This document shows positions 9,779 through 18,653 of a stretch of 32,000 nt of DNA, piece after piece. The translations under genes and the position numbers were made by a program. Position 1 is the first letter of the stretch. Each line of letters starts with the position of its first letter. A model generated the notes under the pieces. That model was not told the origin of the DNA. It worked only from the letters and a program-made list of their open reading frames with translations, and did not search any database. Source of the stretch: Propionibacteriaceae bacterium (GTDB lineage: Bacteria; Actinomycetota; Actinomycetes; Propionibacteriales; Propionibacteriaceae); contig JAIRQE010000009.1 of assembly GCA_031256725.1 (NCBI GenBank), positions 1 through 32,000 of the forward strand, read 5' to 3'.

Positions 9779-11152
9779 CTAGAAGTCCATGGAGACAAAA
9801 TCCATCTGGGGTCTTTCGATGCCTGAGAGCCGATCAGCCACCAGAAATGCCAGTTCCAAGGACTGGGTACGGTTGAGTCGTGGATCACACAGGGTTTCGT
9901 AACGGTGTGCCAGATCCTCTTCACCGAGGGATCCGACCCCTCCCACACATTCGGTGACATCATCACCTGTGAGTTCGATGTGGATTCCGCCAGGCCAGGT
10001 ACCCAAACTCGCATGAACATCGAAGAATCCGTTGACCTCCTCAGCAATATCAGCAAAGGAACGGGTCTTGTAGCCTGTGACTGATGAGAAGGTATTGCCA
10101 TGCATAGGATCACAGATCCAGCAGACCTTGCGTCCAGTGGCTTCCACAGCCTCAACGATGGGTGGGAGAAGGTCACGGACCTTGGTACGTCCCATACGGG
10201 AAATGATAGTGAGACGTCCAGGTTCCTGATCGGGGTCCAGGGACTCCACAAGGTCGACGATCTCACGAGGATCAGCACCTGGGCCAATCTTGAGGCCGAT
10301 AGGATTGCGCAGGTTCTTCAAGAGTTCGACGTGAGCTCCCTGGGGCTGACGGGTACGATCACCAATCCACAGCAGGTGACCACCAACGTTATAGGGGGTA
10401 TTGGTACGCGAGTCGATGCGAGTCAATGAGTGTTCATAGTCAATGAGAAGGGCCTCGTGGCTGGCGTAAAAGTCAACAGTACGGAAGGAGTCATCATCCA
10501 CCCCGCAGGCGATCATGAACGCCAGTGCACGATTAATCTCAGCAGTGAGTTGCTCGTACCTCGCGGAAACCTTAGCGGTACGTACAAAGTCGGCATTCCA
10601 TGAATGCATGGACCGAAGATCCGCAAACCCTCCCTTGGTGAAGGCTCGAACGAGGTTGAGTGTTGCTGCTGAAGCGTTGTACACCTGAAGCAGTCTTGCA
10701 GGATCATGTCGGCGTGACTCGGCAGTAAACTCGAAACCGTTGACAGCGTCACCCTTATAGGCGGGAAGACTTACCCCGTCACGGGTTTCCATCATCGCTG
10801 AGCGTGGTTTCGCAAACTGACCAGCAATACGGCCAATCTTCACCACTGGTACCTCTGCTGCGTAGGTCAAGACAATGGCCATGGATAGGAGTACCCGTAG
10901 ACGACCACGGATTGAGGCGGCTGTCAAAGATTCAAAGGTTTCCGCACAGTCGCCGCCCTGGAGTATGAAGGCTCGCCCTTCAGCTGCATCCGCCACCTTC
11001 GCCTTCAAGACATCGCATTCCCCAGCGAAAACCAGTGGCGGAAGGGTACGCAACTGTTGAAGGACCGCGTTCACGGCATTCGGGTCATCGTACTCGGGCT
11101 GTTGAACAGGCCCCAAAGCACGCAAGGCTTCAAGTGGTGGTACTGATGTCAC
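9779..11152 (-). CDS. aroG: 3-deoxy-D-arabino-heptulosonate-7-phosphate synthase, class II
   Basis: 457 aa. The length and the motifs KPRS, RMGRTKVRD and CDPMHGNT fit class II (plant/actinobacterial type) DAHP synthase. Syntenic with M. tuberculosis Rv2178c. Confidence 0.9.
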   Translation of the reverse strand: MTSVPPLEALRALGPVQQPEYDDPNAVNAVLQQLRTLPPLVFAGECDVLKAKVADAAEGRAFILQGGDCAETFESLTAASIRGRLRVLLSMAIVLTYAAEVPVVKIGRIAGQFAKPRSAMMETRDGVSLPAYKGDAVNGFEFTAESRRHDPARLLQVYNASAATLNLVRAFTKGGFADLRSMHSWNADFVRTAKVSARYEQLTAEINRALAFMIACGVDDDSFRTVDFYASHEALLIDYEHSLTRIDSRTNTPYNVGGHLLWIGDRTRQPQGAHVELLKNLRNPIGLKIGPGADPREIVDLVESLDPDQEPGRLTIISRMGRTKVRDLLPPIVEAVEATGRKVCWICDPMHGNTFSSVTGYKTRSFADIAEEVNGFFDVHASLGTWPGGIHIELTGDDVTECVGGVGSLGEEDLAHRYETLCDPRLNRTQSLELAFLVADRLSGIERPQMDFVSMDF

Positions 11153-11195
11153 CGGATTAGACTACCCTATGACTAAATCTTGTTCGGTGTTCTAA

Positions 11196-11951
11196 CTATT
11201 CCTCGGTCTTTGATGTCTTGGCTGACTTCTTGGGACGATACGAATATTCGTCGACCATTTCCTGGTCAGTGATCTCCTGGATACGTCTCATCACCTCGTC
11301 AGTGGCTTCACGAAGAACCATTCGAGCTTGTTCAGGATTCTCAGCGTTGAGGAACGCTTGCCTCATCTGCTCCGGGAAGGTGAAAGATTCACCAATCTCA
11401 AGACTGGGGCGGATGAGCCAGGGGAAGGGCATCCACTTCTTGCGCGTAAATCGGGTATTAAAGCACCCAAAGGGGATGACTGGGGCTCCAGACTTCAAAG
11501 CTAAACGAGCCACACCTGTACGGCCCTTGTACAACCGACCATCTGGGGAACGATGTCCCTCGGGATGGATGGCGACAAACCCACCGTTATCAAGGACCTC
11601 GTGGATGGACCCTAGGGCATCCATAGCAGCAGTACCACCAGTTCGATCCATGGGTACCTGACGCATCATCCTCAGGAACCAGCCACAGAACCGACGCCAC
11701 GGGTTATCTGTACGAAAAAGCTCCTGCTTTGCGGGATAGGTAACAGGGTGGGGCGAAAGTACGGGTAGAAGAAAGCTCTCCCCCACACCAAGATGGTTGC
11801 CTGCAAAAATCGCAGGACCTTCAGCTGGGATCCTTTCCTTGTGCCGGATCCTTGGCCAAAAAAGGATGTAGCACAGTGGGCGTGCGAAGAGCATAACGAC
11901 GTGATAAAACACTGGACTGCCTCCTAGTTCGATGTCTCGCGGCTGCGGCAT
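11196..11951 (-). CDS. 1-acyl-sn-glycerol-3-phosphate (lysophospholipid) acyltransferase family protein
   Basis: Acyltransferase motifs: FAGNHLGVGES (NHxxxxD/E block) and IHPEGHRS (PEGTR-like block). The start is uncertain: the track gives 11996; I chose the ATG at 11951. Confidence 0.75.
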   Translation of the reverse strand: MPQPRDIELGGSPVFYHVVMLFARPLCYILFWPRIRHKERIPAEGPAIFAGNHLGVGESFLLPVLSPHPVTYPAKQELFRTDNPWRRFCGWFLRMMRQVPMDRTGGTAAMDALGSIHEVLDNGGFVAIHPEGHRSPDGRLYKGRTGVARLALKSGAPVIPFGCFNTRFTRKKWMPFPWLIRPSLEIGESFTFPEQMRQAFLNAENPEQARMVLREATDEVMRRIQEITDQEMVDEYSYRPKKSAKTSKTEE

Positions 11952-12059
11952 AACAATCGTACGCGAGGTGAGCCCAAGAAGTGTGGATGACCACAAAGCT
12001 TTCTAGTCATAGTGGTTTTCTTCGCTGATGTGTGGGGATCAACCGGTATTATCGACGAT

Positions 12060-12443
12060 ATGCGCAATGAGGATAAGGCTTTCGCAGATATTGTACAAAA
12101 AGAGTTTGACGAGTCATGGACTCCCACTCCCCCATCTCGCGAACCCGCACCCACACCTGCCGAACCAGTTGAGGAAGCCCCCGACTTTCATCTCAACCTC
12201 TATGACGATGAGGAGAGTTACCGTGTCGTCATAGGCAAGGTCACATTGGCGCCTATGACGATTTGGGGACTTGGGTTTATTGGTACGGGTGTTCTATTCA
12301 GCCTGGCTCGTTTTGCCCAAGTGGGCTTCCCCACCTGGGTCGGATGGATAGGTATAGGAAGCTTCATTCTTGGAATAGGAATGTGCTTATGGCATACCAG
12401 CCACGCTGTAAAAGACCCCGAGAATGATGAAGGCGTAGTCTGA
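12060..12443 (+). CDS. Hypothetical small membrane protein
   Basis: Pro-rich acidic N-terminal half, then two hydrophobic helices (MTIWGLGFIGTGVLFSLARF and WVGWIGIGSFILGIGMCLW). The start is either the ATG at 12060 or the GTG at 12012. No family recognised. Confidence 0.5.
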   Translation: MRNEDKAFADIVQKEFDESWTPTPPSREPAPTPAEPVEEAPDFHLNLYDDEESYRVVIGKVTLAPMTIWGLGFIGTGVLFSLARFAQVGFPTWVGWIGIGSFILGIGMCLWHTSHAVKDPENDEGVV

Positions 12444-13448
12444 CTACAGGAGGCGACGGGCGCCTACGAAGGGCATTCCAGCGTTAATGGATGTGTAGAC
12501 GATCCCCACTCGGGAGTTGCGAGCATCGGCAATCATTCCACCACCTACGTAGATACCTACGTGTCCTGGGCCTCGATAGAAGAAGACGAGATCACCTGGC
12601 TGGAGATCCTCCTTGGATACGGCTCGACCATAATTGAACTGGCTAGCAGCACTGTGAGGAAGACTGATACCGATGGAGGCATAGGCCATCTTTGTTAAGC
12701 CTGAACAGTCATATCCGACGGGGCCTTCTCCACCAATCTTATAGGGGCCACCAACCTTGGACATCACGAAGGCAACGATCGCTGCAGCAGCTGGGCCATT
12801 TTGCACTGGCGGCGGTGGAGCAAAGGAACCTGTACGTGAAACAAATCCACCATTTTCAGCATCCAGACGTGCACGCTGTTCGGCTGAAAGCCTGTTCACG
12901 ACACGTTGGGTTTCGGTAACCTTGGCATCAGCTGCGGCTTTGATTAGCTTGAGTTCTTCTTCGCTGGCCTTGATGGCTGCGACTGTTGATTGCTGTCCCC
13001 GGCGCAAAATGTCAAGTTGTGACTGGCTGAGTTGGTAGGACTGGAGAAGAGCAGTTGTTGTGTCACTGACAAGGGAGGCCATCACAATACGATTGAGGGC
13101 TTCCTCTTGGTTATCACTGGTGAACAAAACGGCTGTTGTCGTGGCTCCGCGATCCTGGAATTGTTGGAGGGTTACCACCGTAACCTGAGTCCTAAGGGCC
13201 TCAACCTTCTCTTGCTGGACTTCGATCTCTTTTTCGATTTCGATAAGTTTGGTACTTGCGGTCTCCAGCTGAGCCTCAACCTTGTGGTACTCCTGCTCGG
13301 CTGCACTTGCCTCACCTTGAAGCTTGATGAGCTTAGCTTTCGCGTCGCTCAGTTCATCGGCATGACTGATGGGTCCATTAGTCCATGTCAGTGTGCCGAC
13401 GAGGCAGATCGTCATGAGCGTCATGAGCGATCGTCTGAGTCCTTGCAT
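12444..13448 (-). CDS. Secreted NlpC/P60 peptidoglycan endopeptidase with N-terminal coiled-coil (RipC/PcsB-like architecture)
   Basis: Signal peptide MQGLRRSLMTLMTICLVGTL. About 200 aa of heptad-rich helix. C-terminal YDCSGLTKMAYA...GHVGIYVGGGMIADA is the NlpC/P60 Cys-His core. Confidence 0.85.
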   Translation of the reverse strand: MQGLRRSLMTLMTICLVGTLTWTNGPISHADELSDAKAKLIKLQGEASAAEQEYHKVEAQLETASTKLIEIEKEIEVQQEKVEALRTQVTVVTLQQFQDRGATTTAVLFTSDNQEEALNRIVMASLVSDTTTALLQSYQLSQSQLDILRRGQQSTVAAIKASEEELKLIKAAADAKVTETQRVVNRLSAEQRARLDAENGGFVSRTGSFAPPPPVQNGPAAAAIVAFVMSKVGGPYKIGGEGPVGYDCSGLTKMAYASIGISLPHSAASQFNYGRAVSKEDLQPGDLVFFYRGPGHVGIYVGGGMIADARNSRVGIVYTSINAGMPFVGARRLL

Positions 13449-13568
13449 ACTACCTCCGGGTTTCCTTAAGAAATCTTAGGGGATACTCAGCCAATGAGCC
13501 AAGTCCTGTGTTGATTTCTGAGACAAAGTAAAAGCTTTTTCGCATTGAGCGCAGCCCTAGAGTTGTAC

Positions 13569-14819
13569 CTACACATAGGGGTCTGGATCAACGATTTCCC
13601 CATCAATCCAAAGCATGTAGTGATTATGGCAACCCGTTGAGGTGCCCGTTGAACCGATGAGTGCAACAACCTGACCTTGTACCACTGATAGACCCGGTCC
13701 TGCGACTCCACCAGAAAGGTGGTTGTGACTCGACACGACATGTCGACCGTTCACGATCCCGTGATCAATGACTAGACGATTACCGTAACTGCCTGCCCAG
13801 TAATAGTCGATGACGTACCCATTAGCAGGAGAGACAACAGGAGATCCACACCGGGAACTCATGTCATACCCATCATGGAAGGTCCAGATGCCAGTGACAG
13901 GGTGATACCTCATACCATAGGGTGATGAGACCGTGAAAGTCTCCATGGGAGCGACCAAACTCTTGGAGGGATTAGGCACGGTCTTCCAAGGATCGGAGAC
14001 ACCTGTACCAATAACATTCACCCCACTTGATCCGGCTCTAACTCCTGCCATTCCGCTCATATTGCCAAGCAGGCGTGAAGTCTCAGCGATCTGCTTACGG
14101 GATTCCGATTCAAGGGCAGCAATCTCCTGCTGCTCGCGTTCGATCGTGTCGACGGCGGCCTTTTCGCTTCGTTCAAGCTCTGCTAAGGTCCCTTGCTCCA
14201 ATTGGAGGGCTGCGAACAAAGTGTTCGCAGTGTCTGTGACCTGGTACATCGCAGTGAGATAGGAGAGGAAGTCGTCAGTGGAGTTGCTGGTCATGATGAC
14301 TGCAGTCGAGTTGAGTCCACGATCCTGATACTGCTGGAGGGCAATCTGTATGAGTTGGGCCTCCAAGTGGGCCATGTCGTCTCGCTGGGAAACAATCTGG
14401 GTACGCGTGGTATTCAACTGATTTTGGGCCGCGGTGAGCTTCTCAGTGGACTCGGATCGTCGAGCAGCGAGCTCACGCTGGGTCTCTTCAAGTGCATCCA
14501 GTTTCTTGCGCATCTCGGCCATAGACACTGATCCGCGTGCCACCTCAGCCCCACTAACTATCTCATTGTCGTTTGTCTGAGCTTGGCTGTTTGATTGATT
14601 CGCACTTGTTGATTGATTCGCACTTGGACTGGAAGAAGATGGGGCACTTGGTGCGGTGGTTTCTGGGGGTGGGACAACTTCAGGGTTTGGGGCTGGCTCG
14701 GCCTGGGTTGCAGGGGGATCTGTGGGTTCAGCATTGCCTATAGGAGCAACAGAAAGAATGGAGAATCCCAGCAATGTACACAACACAGCGAGTGCGACCT
14801 GTGTCCATGGTCGAGTCAT
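13569..14819 (-). CDS. Secreted M23 family metallopeptidase with N-terminal coiled-coil (EnvC-like architecture)
   Basis: GGAAGG lies 5 nt before the ATG at 14819; the track's GTG at 14840 is possible. Signal/TM segment, Pro/Ser/Gln-rich linker, then coiled-coil. C-terminal HDGYDM...GSTGTSTGCHNHY is the M23 HxxxD / HxH zinc site. Confidence 0.85.
   Translation of the reverse strand: MTRPWTQVALAVLCTLLGFSILSVAPIGNAEPTDPPATQAEPAPNPEVVPPPETTAPSAPSSSSPSANQSTSANQSNSQAQTNDNEIVSGAEVARGSVSMAEMRKKLDALEETQRELAARRSESTEKLTAAQNQLNTTRTQIVSQRDDMAHLEAQLIQIALQQYQDRGLNSTAVIMTSNSTDDFLSYLTAMYQVTDTANTLFAALQLEQGTLAELERSEKAAVDTIEREQQEIAALESESRKQIAETSRLLGNMSGMAGVRAGSSGVNVIGTGVSDPWKTVPNPSKSLVAPMETFTVSSPYGMRYHPVTGIWTFHDGYDMSSRCGSPVVSPANGYVIDYYWAGSYGNRLVIDHGIVNGRHVVSSHNHLSGGVAGPGLSVVQGQVVALIGSTGTSTGCHNHYMLWIDGEIVDPDPYV
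14591..14626. repeat. Perfect 18-bp tandem duplication inside the M23 peptidase linker
   Basis: TTGATTGATTCGCACTTG occurs at 14591-14608 and again at 14609-14626. It is in frame and encodes SANQST/SANQSN. Confidence 0.95.
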
Positions 14820-14888
14820 GATCACCTTCCGATTACCCACAAGAAATCCTGAGAAAACTCTAAAGGAAATTCAGAGTCTTTTCAACCC

Positions 14889-14903
14889 GACAAGCTGCTT
14901 GTC
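14889..14903. promoter_or_regulatory. 15-bp palindrome upstream of the M23 peptidase gene
   Basis: GACAAGC-T-GCTTGTC has perfect 7-bp arms and lies in the 186-nt menD / M23 intergenic region. It could be an operator or a short RNA hairpin. Function unknown. Confidence 0.25.
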
Positions 14904-15005
14904 CACCCTGTGAACTCCTACTGCGACTGCTAAGACTAGTGTACCTCTGTATATCAAAGCACGGTAAGGCCAGCAAGAATTACATCGATGTACTATGAGA
15001 TATTC

Positions 15006-16670
15006 TCAGTTTACTCTCGTTTTATAGGCTTCTCGCCCCCACGAAGCAAGTTTCCTATCCCTGTCTCCACGGGTACTGCGCTCCAAGCGACAATGAATCA
15101 CACGAATCCCTGATTTTGACACGGCCAAAGCCTGTGAAAGCTGGGTTGGAGTGGAAACTTCGGTGACTGATAATCCGAATCCTCTCACCACCGATGTGAG
15201 ATCACACTCCATGGGTACCGAGAAAAGCCGTTCAAAATAATCAGCCAACTCCCCTATTTGGGATGCTGGGGCTGCGTACTCCAAACTCGAAAACAAAGAG
15301 CCGCCATGATCATCGGATATGACAACCGTAAGGTCAATGGTCTTCTCCAAGGATGGTTGCGCAAGAGATCCTATGTCGTGCAGGGCCGTCAAATCCCCCA
15401 TGAGTGCGACGACTTCACCCGAGGAACCAGCAGAGATCCCACATGCAGTGGCAATCGTTCCATCTATTCCAGCAAGTCCCCGGTTTGAGTAGATCCGTGG
15501 AGAAGACCCAAGAGGAGCAAGATCGGCGTCACGAATAGGGTTCGATGCTCCAAGTACCAAAGAATCCTCGTCCCTGAGATGATTCAAGACCACCGCGGCC
15601 ACTGTCTGACCAGACCACACCAGATCAGCATCCATCCGGGCACGTAGACTCCGGTCAGCGCTCACCCATTTATTCATCCACGCAGTATCCCCCATTCCCA
15701 GGGATACTTGGGGTACCACCTGGGAGACAGCCCAACCAGGATCAGGCCACTCGCCTGAGGGGTTCACCGCAATAATCTCCACGTCTTTCCTGGTCAAAAG
15801 TTCCGTTGTGGGACGAGACAATGTTGGATGGCCTGCAAGGATCACACGTTCAATGGTGGGCGCAAAACTGGAAAGGAGGTACCGATATCCACTGATCGCA
15901 GAGGACCCTGATCGGGCATTCGACGAGGGTTCTGCTAGAAGAGGAATTTGGGCTCTTTCAGCTTCCGCGGCCCACCATCGTCCCTCGTCAACTGGCATAT
16001 CCCCTGCAATGATGACAGTACGAGGCCCCGGGTCGATTTTGACGGCTCGCCCTGGATAGGCATTCTCCACACGGAAGGGTACCCCCCATGGAATCACACC
16101 AGGATCGCCAATGAGTGGAGGCACCAGCTCAATATTGAGATGGACTGGCCCTGGACGAAGGCTCAGCCTCCCCTCTGAGACTACGACAGATCGACGTACT
16201 GCCGCCCTCCATGCCTCAGGTGAACTATCATTGGCAGAAATTCGACAGACATTCAAAGGAATCGTGCCAAAGATCCCCACCTGATCCGCAGTCTGGTTGG
16301 ACCCCGTACCTACGAGGGTCGATGGACGATCAGCAGTCAAGGCGATCAATGGTACGTACCCAAATCGGGCCTCGGCAAGGCTGGGCGCCAGGTTGGCTAC
16401 AGCAGTACCTGAGGTCGTGATAATCGCCACAGCGCGCCTAGTCGCCTTCGCGATCCCCAATCCAAAGAAGCCAGCTGAACGCTCGTCGAGACGTACGTGT
16501 AGGCGTACCCTCCCCTCAGCTTCCAAGCGAGCCGCAGCATAAGCCAAGGGAGCACTGCGTGACCCAGGACAGCACACAATATCGCTCACGCCTAGGGCTA
16601 CAAGTTCGTCGAGGAGTACAGCCCCCGCCAGGACAGAAGGTGGTACCTCGGTGGTGAAGAGATCATCCAT
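15006..16670 (-). CDS. menD: 2-succinyl-5-enolpyruvyl-6-hydroxy-3-cyclohexene-1-carboxylate (SEPHCHC) synthase
   Basis: ThDP-enzyme motifs: CPGSRSAPL, LDERSAGFFGLGIAKA, TTSGTAVANL, LTADRP. The ATG at 16670 (MDDLFTTEV) shares 1 nt with the menC stop (TGATG). The track ORF extends to 16706. Confidence 0.9.
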   Translation of the reverse strand: MDDLFTTEVPPSVLAGAVLLDELVALGVSDIVCCPGSRSAPLAYAAARLEAEGRVRLHVRLDERSAGFFGLGIAKATRRAVAIITTSGTAVANLAPSLAEARFGYVPLIALTADRPSTLVGTGSNQTADQVGIFGTIPLNVCRISANDSSPEAWRAAVRRSVVVSEGRLSLRPGPVHLNIELVPPLIGDPGVIPWGVPFRVENAYPGRAVKIDPGPRTVIIAGDMPVDEGRWWAAEAERAQIPLLAEPSSNARSGSSAISGYRYLLSSFAPTIERVILAGHPTLSRPTTELLTRKDVEIIAVNPSGEWPDPGWAVSQVVPQVSLGMGDTAWMNKWVSADRSLRARMDADLVWSGQTVAAVVLNHLRDEDSLVLGASNPIRDADLAPLGSSPRIYSNRGLAGIDGTIATACGISAGSSGEVVALMGDLTALHDIGSLAQPSLEKTIDLTVVISDDHGGSLFSSLEYAAPASQIGELADYFERLFSVPMECDLTSVVRGFGLSVTEVSTPTQLSQALAVSKSGIRVIHCRLERSTRGDRDRKLASWGREAYKTRVN

Positions 16671-17626
16671 CACCAGTCCTCCTTCCCATCCAAAAACTCC
16701 TGACACTGCTGAAGTCTAGTAGTCCAGAACTGTCTCGTGTCATCGTCGGCACTGTACTGCTCACAGAACCCCGGATCCACATTCATCTCCCGAATCTGGA
16801 TGGCACCATTCACAGCTACTAGAGGCTCCCTCACCACATCAGATCCCAAGAGGGCGGAGGTATTCAACCCACAAGCATAGGGCAACCTGGGCAGGGCCGC
16901 CGCCAAAGCAAGCCCTGCACTCAAACCAATCGAGGTTTCGAGCGCAGAGGAGACCACCACATCCATTCCCAAGTCTTGAGCCAGGGTGAGACATGCCTGA
17001 ATTCCGCCGAGGGGCTGTACCTTGAGGACAATGAGATCGGCTGCTTCGAGGGTCGCCACACGGTAAGGATCAGATGCCTTCCTGATGGACTCATCTGCGG
17101 CGATCTTGACTCCCACAGATCTTCTAAGTTCAGCCAGTTCTTCCACCGAGGCGCACGGTTGTTCCGCATATTCGAGGTCGAAGACCGATAGCCGCGTGAG
17201 TGCCGTGATGGCTTCACGCAGACTCCAGCCTCCGTTCGCGTCAACCCTGATCTTTCCCATTGGCCCTAAGGCGACTCGTACAGCCTCCACCCGAGCATAA
17301 TCCTCATCAAGGGTTTGCCCCGGTTCAGCAACCTTGATTTTGGCTGTGGTACAACCCGAGCTCACAGCAAGCCTGTGGGCAAGACGAGGGTCTACAGCCG
17401 GGATAGTGGCATTCACCGGAATAAGGGTACGCAACGGCTCAGGAAAGCCATGATCTGCTGCTTCGTGTGCGGCGAGCAACCATTGGGCAGCCTCAGGTAT
17501 TGGGTATTCCGGAAAGGGACTCCACTCTGCCCAGCCTGACTCTCCTCGAATGAGCATCCCCGTTCTGCGCCTGATCCCGCGAAAGGTCATGGGCATGGGG
17601 ATTGAGAAGACATGAGGCTCAGCCAT
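16670..17626 (-). CDS. menC: o-succinylbenzoate synthase (enolase superfamily)
   Basis: 318 aa. VFSIPMPMTFRGIRRRTGMLIRGESGWAEWSPFPEY is a typical actinobacterial MenC N-terminus. Position between menA and menD supports the call. Confidence 0.85.
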   Translation of the reverse strand: MAEPHVFSIPMPMTFRGIRRRTGMLIRGESGWAEWSPFPEYPIPEAAQWLLAAHEAADHGFPEPLRTLIPVNATIPAVDPRLAHRLAVSSGCTTAKIKVAEPGQTLDEDYARVEAVRVALGPMGKIRVDANGGWSLREAITALTRLSVFDLEYAEQPCASVEELAELRRSVGVKIAADESIRKASDPYRVATLEAADLIVLKVQPLGGIQACLTLAQDLGMDVVVSSALETSIGLSAGLALAAALPRLPYACGLNTSALLGSDVVREPLVAVNGAIQIREMNVDPGFCEQYSADDDTRQFWTTRLQQCQEFLDGKEDW

Positions 17627-18653
17627 AGAGCCACCCTAGGGCCAATCCAATCCCAGCAAGAAGAGCTGTCACAAACTGAGCGATCCCAGTTGATTTGAGA
17701 ACGGAAACCAGTTCCAGACCTTTGGCTTGACCCATCACCTTCACGACTAAGGGAATACTCAGTCCGATTCCAATAAGACCAAGGAGTACAAACCACGAGG
17801 TCAGGAATGCTTCGATGACAATTCCCACCCCACCTATAAGAATGAGTCCAGTGTAAAGAAAACGAGTTGAGCGATCCCCTATTCGTACTGCAAGGGTATT
17901 CTTACCGGCTTCAGCATCCTTGGGAAGATCACGAAGATTGTTGGCAACCAGAATTGCTGTGGAAAAGCACCCCATGATGATCCCCATACATAGGGCTGCG
18001 GGCCAATGAATATCCCTGAAAGTGGGCACACACCCCACAGCAATCTCGACTTTCTGTGCGACGAGTGGGGCCTGTACGAAAACAGTACCGACAGTGGCCA
18101 CAAGACCAAAGAAAATGAAAACGAAAAGCTCGCCGAGACCTGCATACCCATAGGGACGACGACCACCGGTATAGAACCAGGCCGCCAAAACACAGGCAAG
18201 ACCTATCAGAACAAGCCCGGCAGGGACCCCCCATCCACCTGAGGTGAGGGATGAGAACTGCCAGGTGGGTTCAAAGAAACCAATGGCCAACGCCACAACG
18301 AAGATACCTGCTCCACAGGCGATAGCAAAACAGATCCACGCTGCCCTCTTCACTTCTGGAGGTTGGGCTGCCCCTGAGCCGACAAGGCGCATAGGACCAA
18401 CACGGTTGTCGTCAGTTCCTCGTACCCCATCGGAATAGTCGTTGGCGAAATTGCAGCCGATCTGAAAACCGAGAGCAACAATCACTGTGAGACACAGCAG
18501 AATCACTGCCTTCAGCAGATGACCTTCGACCCACGGTGGTCCAGCTTGGGTTGCTGAAAACCAGGCTACGGCTGTACCAGCCACAACAGGGGAGGCGGAG
18601 GCAGGAAGGGTCCTCAAGCGGGCTCCCTCAAGCCATTGACGTACGCTGGCCAC
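17619..18653 (-). CDS. menA: 1,4-dihydroxy-2-naphthoate polyprenyltransferase
   Basis: 344 aa polytopic membrane protein of the UbiA family. N-terminus is WLEGARLRTLPASASPV; NFANDYSDGVRGTD is the Asp-rich motif. Confidence 0.9.
   Translation of the reverse strand: MASVRQWLEGARLRTLPASASPVVAGTAVAWFSATQAGPPWVEGHLLKAVILLCLTVIVALGFQIGCNFANDYSDGVRGTDDNRVGPMRLVGSGAAQPPEVKRAAWICFAIACGAGIFVVALAIGFFEPTWQFSSLTSGGWGVPAGLVLIGLACVLAAWFYTGGRRPYGYAGLGELFVFIFFGLVATVGTVFVQAPLVAQKVEIAVGCVPTFRDIHWPAALCMGIIMGCFSTAILVANNLRDLPKDAEAGKNTLAVRIGDRSTRFLYTGLILIGGVGIVIEAFLTSWFVLLGLIGIGLSIPLVVKVMGQAKGLELVSVLKSTGIAQFVTALLAGIGLALGWLYG

Noticed and set aside
13449-13568. Possible cyclic-di-AMP (ydaO-type) riboswitch or terminator between the M23 and NlpC/P60 genes
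   Set aside because: None of the conserved ydaO sequence blocks are present. Only weak short hairpins are seen, with no U-tract. An Rfam scan would be needed to be sure.
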